This document shows positions 49,602 to 58,957 of a stretch of DNA of 64,000 nt, piece by piece. Both the position numbers and the translations under genes were made by a program. The stretch comes from Phyllobates terribilis (taxonomy: Eukaryota): contig NW_027362762.1 in assembly GCF_046119375.1 (NCBI RefSeq), positions 741,086,001-741,150,000 on the forward strand, read 5' to 3'. The stretch's first letter is position 1; the number at the start of each line of letters is the position of its first letter. The notes beneath the pieces are model-generated. The model saw nothing but the letters and a program-made list of their open reading frames with translations, was not told the origin of the DNA and searched no databases.

Positions 49602-51181
49602 ATGACAACTTATTCAATATGATGACCTAATGTTATCAAACTCTGTGTCGTACCTCTGGGTTCAAAATGTTCACTATACCCCTTGATAAAATCCTTGAGG
49701 GGTGTAGTTTACTTGTGTGGGGGGTTTCCACTATTTAGGCACATCTGGGGCTCTCCAAACGCGACTTGGCGTCTGCTCTCGATTCCAGCCAATTTTGCGT
49801 TCAAAACACTGTATTTTCCCCACATATTGGGTATTGGCGTACTCAGGAGAAATGCAAAAAGTTTTTGGGGTCCATTTTCTCCTCTTACCCATCATTTTTG
49901 TGGAAAAAGTTTGATTTTTTTATTTTCACAGCTCCATGTTATAAACTTCTGTAAAGGACTTGGGGATTCAGGGTGCTCACCACACATCTAGATAAGTTCC
50001 CCGTGGGGTCTAGTTTCCAAAATGGTGTTACTTGTGGGGGCTTTCCACTGTTTAGGCACATCAGGGGCACATCCGCTAATTATTCAAGCAAAATTTGCAT
50101 TCAAAAAGTCAAATGGTGCTCCTTCCCTTCCGAACCCTGCCGTATGCCCAAGCAGTGGTTTTCCCCCACATATGGGGTATCTGCTTACTCAGGAGAAATT
50201 GCACAACAAACTGCATGGTGCAATTTCTCCTGTTACCCTTATGAAAATGCAAAATTGGGGGCTGAAAAACATTTTTGTGGGAAAAATGTGAAAATTTTAT
50301 TTTTACGGCTCAATGTTATAAACTTCTGTGAAGCACCTGGGGGTTCAAGGTGCTCACCACACATCTAGATAAGTTCCCTGAGGGGTCTAGTTTCCAAAAT
50401 GGTGTCACTTGTGGGGGCTTTCCACTGTTTAAACACATCAGGGGCTCTCCAAATGCAACATGGCATCCGCTAATTATTCAAGCAAATTTTACATTCAAAA
50501 AGTCAAATGGCGCTCCTTCCCTTCCGAACCCTGCCGTGTGCCCAAACAGTGTTTTTTCCCCATATATTGGGTATCTGCGTGCTCAGGGGAAATTGCACAA
50601 CAAATTTTGGGGTCCATTTTTGTGAAAAAAGTTAAATGTTAACTTTTTTCTTCCACATTCCAAAAATTCCTGTGAAGCACCTGAAGCGTTAATAAAGTTC
50701 TTGAATGTGGTTTTGAGCACCTTAAGGGGTGCAGTTTTTAGAATGGTGTCACTTTTGGGTATTTTCTGTCATAGAGACCCCTCAAAGTGACTTCAAATTT
50801 GATGTGGTCCCTAAAGAAATGGTTTTGTAAATGTTGTTGGAAAAATTAGAAATCGATGGTCAACTTAACCCTTATAGCTCCCTAATAAAAAAAAAATTTG
50901 GGTTCCAAAATTGTGCTGATGTAAAGTAGACATGTGGGAAATGTTATTTATTAACTATTTTGTGTGACATATCTCTGATTTAAGGGCATGAAAATTAAAA
51001 TTTGGAAAATTGCAACGACTTGCCTTTATTGGTGAAAATATTGGAGATTTGGCGAAAATGAAACAATTTTCGAACTTTTAATTCTTATGCCCTTAAACCA
51101 CAGAGTTATGTCACACAAAACAGTTAATAAATAACATTTCCCACATGTCTACTTTACATCTGCATCATTTTTGAAACACAG

Positions 51182-52428
51182 TGTCAGGAAATATTAAAAA
51201 ATATTACAAATCTCTCCCTCTGAAATGCCTCACTCTTCCCCCTCCTCTATCTACCATTTGCGAGTAAGAGCTCGCAATCTAGACAGCTGGCTCTGTGCAA
51301 ATAGCAGTACACACAAGAGGTGGCAAACTCAATTATCCAGGCTAATTACCATACGAATGTAGCCACCAGTAGAAGAGACCTGTGATGAGTAGACACCTGG
51401 CTAAATAGGAAACCGCTCGTTAAGACTAAAAGGAAATCTACATCACCCCGCACAATAGCCAGGACATTTCCATTTGCACATGTGTGGAATCTGCAGTCTC
51501 GTAGGAACCGACATAAAATATGGAATATTGGAAGTTCTATAATTCCGTTCGCGATGGGACACATATTTTTAGCGGCAGGGTTAGCTAAGGAACAATACTC
51601 ATATTTTTCCGTATCTGTAAGCCCTGCCGGTAAGCTATAACACAAAAGTACAAAAATAACGGACAGCAGCCAGGTCAGGTCTGGTCTCTGAAGACAGGTA
51701 AATTTGCAATAAAAAATATGGCGTCACTTGCTAACTTCTGCGATCAACCAGCGAGAAGTCATCGCAGAAGTTAGAGATTTAACAAAACCATGAAGGGTGG
51801 AGACCAACCCACATGAGGTCATCACAGGGGAGTGTGTGGGCAGGGTCCCCCTTTGGCATAAAAGATCCAGCTGAGCCTGGATCTATACTCATGCCTGGAG
51901 ATACATATTTTATAAGCAAGGGTCCTGTTCGATAACAGTCCATTGGAGCACCTCCCCTCCAGCTAAACTGAATCATCTCTGCCATCTGTCTAGTAAGTTT
52001 CTTCTGTTAATCCCTTTTTATTTTGTGTAACTGTATATTCTTTATTGTATTGTCCCCATTTGTAAAACCTTTTGCATATTTTTTCATAAACACTGCCTGG
52101 ATTAAATATAAAATTTAATAGTTCTGTTTTTTCTGTTTTGTAATCGTTCCTCCTCCGAAGCCATAAACGCTACCAGAATGCAGGCGTCCAATCAGGCCTG
52201 TCTTGTATTTGAATATTTAAATCTGATTGGTGGTGGCAGCAAATCATCTTAATTGGGTTATTGTGAAGCTAGCAGTGATCATATGGGGGCATAAACACAT
52301 ATTACATGCGTTGGAATTTGGAGGGGTGTACGCCATACGCTCACTGCTCGCTTGCTGATAACTACGTAGTGAGTAATCGGGATTGTGAGTGCACATAATC
52401 CCTGACAAATTGGTGGCAGCGATGGGAT
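51182..52428 (+). mobile_element. LTR (TG...CA, 51182-52407) followed by a tRNA-Leu primer-binding site; internal domain absent
   Basis: tgtcagg...cctgaca aat TGGTGGCAGCGATGGGAT, a 17/18 match to the complement of a tRNA-Leu 3' end (ATCCCACCGCTGCCACCA); the host repeat resumes at about 52450. Confidence 0.75.
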
Positions 52429-55400
52429 ATAGTATGATCGCCTCTGACACATGATTTTTTTTGTAAGGAACTTAGAAGGATTAAAAGTTGATCAGCAATT
52501 TCTCATTTTTACAACAAAATTTACAAAACCATTTTTTAGGGACCACATCACATTTAAAGTGACTTTGGTGGGGCCTATATGACAAAAAACACCCAAAAGT
52601 GACACCATTCTAAAAACTGCACTCCTCAAAGTCCTTAAAACCACATTAAATAAGTTTATTAACCCTTCAGGTGCTTCACAGGAACTAAAGCAATGTGAAA
52701 GAAAAAAATTAACTTTTTACTTTTTTTTACAAAAATTTTACTTTAGCCCCAAATTTTTTATTTTCACAAAGGTAACAGGATAAAATGGACCCAAAAATTT
52801 GTTGTTCAATTTATCCTCAGTATGCCAATACCCCATATGTGGGGGAAAACTATTGTTTTGGCGCACGGCAGGGCCCGGAAGGGAAGGAGCACCTTTTGAC
52901 TTTTTGAACGCAAAAATGGCTGGAATCGAGAACGGACGGCATGTCGCATTTGGAGAGCCCCTGATGTGCCAAAACAATGGAAACTCCCCACAAGTGACCA
53001 CATTTTGGAAACTAGACTCCTTAAGGAATGTATCTAGATGTGTGGTGAGAAGATGTAGAAGTAATGTAGAGCCGTGATAATAAAAAAATCTAATTTTTCC
53101 CACAAAATGTACTTTTAGCCCCAAATTTTTTATTTTCACAAGGGTAACAGGAGAAAATGGACCCAAAAATTTGTTTTACAATTCCTCCTGAGTACACAGA
53201 TACCCTATATTTGGGGGAAAACTACTGTTTGGGCGCACGGCAGGACTCGTTAAGGAAGGAGTGACGTTTTGGAACGCAGACTTTGATGGAATGGTCTGCG
53301 GGTGTCATGTCGCATTTGGAGAGCCTGTGATGTGCCTAAACAGTGGAAACAAGTGACCCCATTTTGGAAACTACACCCCTCAAGGATTTTATCCAGGGGT
53401 ATAGTGAGCATTTTGAACCCACAAATACTACACAGAATTTGATAACATCAGGTTATCATATGGAAAATTTTCATTTTTTTTCACGAAAATGTTGTGTTAG
53501 CCCCGAATTTGTAATTTTAACAATGGATAATAGTTGAAAACGGATCCCATAATTTGTTACATAATGTCTCCCAATCGCAATGATACCCCATATGTTGTCA
53601 AAAAGTTCTGTTTGGGTGCATGATAGGACTAGGGAAGGAAAGAGCACTATTTGTCTGAAATAGATTGTGAATGCCATGTTGCATTTGGAGAGTCCTTGAC
53701 ATGCGAAAACAGCAGAAACCCCCCACAAGTGACCCCATTTTGGAAACTAGACTCCTCAAGGAATTCATCTAGGGGTGTACTGAGCATTTTTAACCTACAG
53801 GTGAATCACAAAACTTTATAACATTTAGATGTGAGAATTATTTATAATTTACACGAGGGGTAATGGAAGAAATTGGATCCCACAATTTTTTATGCAATTT
53901 CTCTCGAATGTGGCACTACCCCCTATGTGGTTGCATACTACTGTTTGAGCACATGGCAGGGATCGGATGGGAAGGAGCACTACTTGGCTTTTGGAATGCA
54001 GATTCCATTTGAATAGATTGTGGGCTCCATTAGCTGAGCCCCCCATGTGACCCCATATTGGAAACTTCACTGCCTAAGGAATTCATCTAGACATGTAGTG
54101 AGTATTTTGAACCCCTTTGGTGCCTCACAGGATTTTAAAGCATTGAGATTTAGAAATATGACATTTTAGTGGTAAAATGTAATTTTTATATTTGCTGCAA
54201 ATTTTTCAGGTACACAAGGGTTAATAGGTGAAACTGGACCCCATAATTTATTGCGCAATTTCTCGGTGTTATACCCCATATGTTGTCAGAAATTACTGTT
54301 AGGCTAAGTGCCCACGATGCAGAAATGCTGCATATTTTTTCCACTTCTCCCTGGCAGGAAAAACCCATGCGGATTTTACATGCATTTTTCCTGCCAGGTA
54401 GAACCATTTGTCAAGCGTTTTTGCATGAATTTCTACATGCGGGTTATCAAGTTCTTTTCCAAGCGATTTTAGCATCACCAGATTTATATGCTTTTTATGA
54501 AGATTTTTCAGAACAGAGTGAGCAAAAACCAGCAATTCGGTTATTGTTTTTATTTTTTGTATCGTTTACCGTACGGAAAAGTGATAAGACCGATTTGTTC
54601 GTCAGGTCGGTACGATTACAGCGATACCAGATTTATATTGTTTTTTTTGTATGCTTTGATATTTTTACACACTAAAACCAATATTTTACAAAAATGAATT
54701 TGTTTTTGCATCGCCATATTCTGAGAGCTGTAACTTTTTTATTTTTTGACGGTTGAGCCATATTAGGGCTTTTTTTTGCGGGACAGTTTGGTGTTTTCAT
54801 CTATACCATTTTTTTTACTATGACTTTTTAATCGCTTTTTATTCACTTTTTTGTAAGTCAGTATGATGAAAAAGTGTCATTTTTGGCATGTTTTTTTTAT
54901 TTTTTTTTACGGTGTTTGGAATTAATAATGTGCCTGATTTATAGAGCAGGTTGTTCCAGACGTGATGATACCAATTATGTGTACTTTTTTTCCAGGACGT
55001 CCCCCTGACAGCACCATGGAGGACGTCCTTCTTATCCTTTCAGGGACAGGAAACATAGAGGTTAAAAGCCCTCCCCTCCCTCCACCCCTCAGTGTGTTTT
55101 TCCTGTCCCTGTGAGGATAGGAACAGAGAGGTGTGGTGCGCAGAAGAGAGTACCTGCATGCGGGCTCAGGAGATCGGGCGGCCCAGATCTTCCCTTTCCT
55201 CCTGGGAAGCAGCCCGCGGCTGACACCCTCTGAACGGGGGTTCCTCAGCTTGGTCAGAGCAGCGCTGCTCCTGACCCAGGAGCCGCTTCCCTCCAGCGCC
55301 TGCCTCCGCACCTGGTTCTGGCCACGTGTGCGCGCACTTCCGGTGACGTCACTGGAGTGCGCGCGAGGCAGAGCGCGAAATTTGAAAACGTCAGTCAGCG

Positions 55401-55502
55401 TGCGTTCCAGGATGGAACGCAAAAGGCAGGGAAGACTTCAGGCAGGTAAGTATAAAAGCGCTTGCCTGTGTCTGGCTTCCCTGCTGTGCTAGAGACTGTA
55501 TA

Positions 55503-56940
55503 ATGAAGGATTTAGGGAAGGCAGAGACCCCAGCTGAACCACCAATGGTACATGTGAGTGGGGCTAGGACTATCTGGGGGGGGTAACCCACCAGTAATAG
55601 TCAAAAGGTCGCCTCCTAATTTCCACAGTGCTGTTCCCCTATCTTAGGATAAAGGCTCCGCTAACCCACCAACGACAGTAAAGAAGGATAAAAAGTCGGG
55701 GGGGGGGAAGATGAAGAGATGCCCCATATGTAATTGCAGGTTGCCTGAAGCATGGCTTAAACAGTTATGCGAAGGCTGCACTGCTAAAATCGTGAAGGAT
55801 GAACAACCAACCATCCTTTCGGATATGAGGTCAATCATCAGAGTAGAGGTTCGGGCCTCCATTTCGGGTCTAGTTTCCCCCCAGATGTCTCAGCCGGGTC
55901 CCCGGGCAAAAAGACAGAGGTGGGAGATGGAGCTATCCTCAGAGGAAGAGTTACAGCCCTTTGGTTCTGAGGAGGAGGAGGAGGAAGATATAGCTTCAGA
56001 TCCACCGAGGAGGGAAAGAGATATCTTTTCTCCGCGGCAGACACAGACAAACTGCTAAAAGCGGTTAGAGACAATATGCAGGTGGAAGACACCCGGACAT
56101 CGCATACAGTGCAGGATGAGATGTTCGGGGGGTTAAGATCCCAGAGACACAGGGTTTTCCCTGTAAATAACCACATCGGTTCCATGATCTTGGAAGAATG
56201 GGAAGATGCAGAGAAAAGACTTGTAATTCCACGAGACTTTAGATTACGCCTTCTCTTTGAGCCAGAAGATATTAAGCCCTGGGAAGAGATTCCCAGGATT
56301 GACGTTCCCATTGCAAAGGTGGTCAAGAAAACCTCAATCCCCTTTGAGGATTCGTCCAGCATTAAGGATCCCATGGACAGAAAGGCGGATGGCCTTCTGA
56401 AAAGGGCCTGGGAGACGTCGGCGGCTATCATAAAAACTAATATTGCTGCCACCTCTGTAGCCAGATCAATGTGTTTGTGGGTAGAAGATCTGGAGGAGCA
56501 GTTAACATCAAAAGCTGCTAGAGAAGCTATTCTCAGATCCTTTCCCCTCCTTAAGATGTCTACAGGTTTTATGGCCGACGCTTCAGCAGAGTACGTTAGA
56601 TTTGCAGCCAGAAACAGCGCCTTATCTAATGCAACTAGACGGGCTATCTGGTTGAAAACCTGGTCTGGGGATAACCAGTCAAAGAATAAATTATGCTCCA
56701 TTCCTTTTCAGGAGATAGGGTATTTGGGCCAGCATTAGACGACATCTTACAAAAAGCATCTGATAAAAACAAAGGGTTTCCCGAGGATAAGCCTCATAGG
56801 TACCAGCCCTTTCGGAGAGCCCGCCCCTTGCATAAGCCAGATTATAGGGGTAAAGGAAAGTCCGGCAGATGGAGTTACCCCAAGGGGAACAGGGGCAGAG
56901 GACACCCTTTAGTTCAGCATCCGGCTCGAGGAAGCAATGA
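55503..56940 (+). pseudogene. DIRS ORF1 (gag; CxxC-x12-CxxC N-terminus, LAP2alpha-like domain); probable intron 55554-55647; at least 2 frameshifts
   Basis: CPIC..LCEGC; DVPIAKV..IPFEDSSSIKDPMDRKAD..LKRAW; NATRRAIWLKTWSGD...FG..LDDI. Pieces lie in ORFs 55711, 56076 and 56693. Confidence 0.85.
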
Positions 56941-56945
56941 CGCCA

Positions 56946-57993
56946 TGTAGCATCGGCGTCTCTGCCCACTGCTAGGCAGAGACGTCGTCCCTCTCACCTT
57001 CCCGCTCCTGGCGCGGCGTCCTCCAGCACTCCCCTCCTCGCTGCTGCCGGTGCGCTCTCCTTCCCGGGCACTGTGCTTAGGGCGCGCACGCGCTCCCCCT
57101 CTCTTAAAGGGACCGTGCGCGCCGTCCTAAGGAGTCTCCGACCAATTGCCGGAGGACCTCCCATATATAAAGCACCTCCTCCAAAATGGAGGTGCCCGAG
57201 CAAAGTTGTTGCACAGTATATTACCTCTGCTTCAGCCCTCAGGTCCCGTTGCCAGCCTGACTTCTGTTCCAGTCCACCAGCCTGACTACTCTCCAGCCCG
57301 ACAGTCTGCCTTCCGCGCTACCCGCCAGTCTGTCTATGGGCAAGCCCGCCTGCCTACCAGGAAGCACCTGCGAGTTACCTGCCTGCTACCTGCCGTGCCT
57401 GCTAGCCTGCTCACCTGGGAGCACTCGCCTGTTACCTGCCTGTTACCTGCTAACCTACCTGGAGGCTCTTCCGTCACATGCCGTGACCACCTGCCTGTCA
57501 GCCTAGAGACTGCAGCCTGCTTGCCGTCACTTGCCATGACCACCTGCTAGCCTACCTGGAGGTTCTGCCGTCACATGCCGTGACCACCTGCCTGTCAGCC
57601 TAGAGACTACAGCCTGCTTGCCGTCACTTGCCTTGACCACCTGCTAGCCTACCTGGAGGCTCCCGCTGTCACTTGCCGTGACCACCTACCCGCTTGCCAA
57701 GAGACTTCTTCCGTCACTTACCGTGACCACCCGTCAGCTAACCCAGAGACTTCTGCCTGCTTGTCGTGCCCACCTGCTATACTGGTCAGTCTCAGTCATC
57801 TGACCCGTGGGAGCCACCTGCTCTCTACAAGGTCGTCCCCAGAGTAGCACCTGGTCCCTCTACTCGGATCCTCCCTGGTCACAGAGTCGTTTGCCGCCGT
57901 CCGACCAGGGTCGGTTCGGGTAGATACTTAGTTACGCCCCTCTGGGTCCCTCCTTGCACCGCGGCACAGAGGTTCCACCACCCGAACCCGTTA
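56946..57993 (+). repeat. 5' LTR (CCAAT 57142, TATATAAA 57164, 97-bp internal tandem repeats)
   Basis: Homologous to 62195-63225; lacks the terminal CA seen in the 3' LTR. Confidence 0.95.
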
Positions 57994-58006
57994 GTTTGCT
58001 CGGGCC

Positions 58007-58957
58007 ATGGAACCCGGTGGCACCCAAGCTCCTTCTCTCTCTGACCTATTCCTCGAAGTCTCCCGTCAGAGATCCCAACAGGAATCCATCCTGAACCACC
58101 TGCGTAATGTCAACTCCTGCCTGGACACACTGACTGCTCCATCAGGACCTGCCTCCAGTCGCACGACTCATGCCCCGGCAGCGCCGCTGCCCATCAATAC
58201 CATGGTACCCGGTCCAGGTCCCCGGCTTTCTGCACCGCCTCGGTTTGGTGGAGACCCCGCCTTGGCTCGAGGCTTCATTAACCAGTGTACCCTGCACTTT
58301 GAACTCTTGGCACATAATCTTACCTCCGACCAGGCCAAAGTGGCCTTCATCATGTCCCATCTCACTGGGGAAGCACTGGCTTGGCTAAATCCCCTGTGAG
58401 AGAGAGGGGATCCCCTGGTATCCAACTTGTCAGCTTTCCCCACTGCTTTTCGGAAAGTCTTCGATGAACCGGGACGAAAGACCTCATCAGCCTCCTCTCT
58501 GCTACGTCTCCGCCAAGGGAGTCTCACTGTGGGCCAATATGCCATACGGTTTCGTACCCTCGCTTCTGAGCTTGCCTGGGATAACGAGGCCCTGGTGTCC
58601 ATCTTCTGGGAGGGCCTTTCCGGTCGGATTAAAGACGAACTTGCCGGTCGGGACGTTCCAACCACCCTGGATGACTTGGTGACACTAGCTACCCAGATTG
58701 ACATCCGGTTCCAGGAACGTACCAAAGAGACCACCCGTGAGAGGAGGTTTCCCCGCCTTGCTCCTACTTTCCAGAGACCTGTCTCTTCATCTGTCACTCC
58801 CCGGGTGCACTCACCCGAGCCCATGCAGATCCACCAAACCAAGATGGTCAAATCTCGCCAAGAGTCACGCCGAGCCGAGGGGAGCTGTTTCTATTGTGGC
58901 AGTTAGGAGCACCTGATTCGTTCCTGCCCGGAGAAACCGGGAAACTCCGGTGTCTAG
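58007..58957 (+). pseudogene. Gypsy gag (capsid + CCHC knuckle), two in-frame stops (58397, 58904)
   Basis: PPRFGGDP..RGFINQC; LRQGSLTVGQYAIRF; EPMQI; CFYCGS*EHLIRSC. Confidence 0.93.

Larger units (their letters stand above)
47628..54984. mobile_element. Composite of piggyBac-like non-autonomous repeats in head-to-head arrangement with 377-bp tandem subunits
   Basis: TTAA|cccctt start; tandem units at 49972 and 50349; orientation flips at about 51017; the 48220-48260 motif is the reverse complement of 54948-54984. Confidence 0.65.

Noticed and set aside
52411-52428. tRNA-Leu gene
   Set aside because: Only an 18-nt complement including the CCA-derived TGG, directly after an LTR. It is a PBS, not a tRNA gene.
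55838-56701. 287-aa minus-strand ORF
   Set aside because: Antisense shadow of the DIRS gag frame, with no independent domain signal.
56076-56738. Host LAP2alpha (TMPO) gene
   Set aside because: The LAP2alpha-like domain here is DIRS gag. It has no LEM domain, is frameshifted, and is flanked by a DIRS terminus and RT.
58168-58851. 227-aa minus-strand ORF
   Set aside because: Antisense shadow of Gypsy gag in GC-rich sequence.
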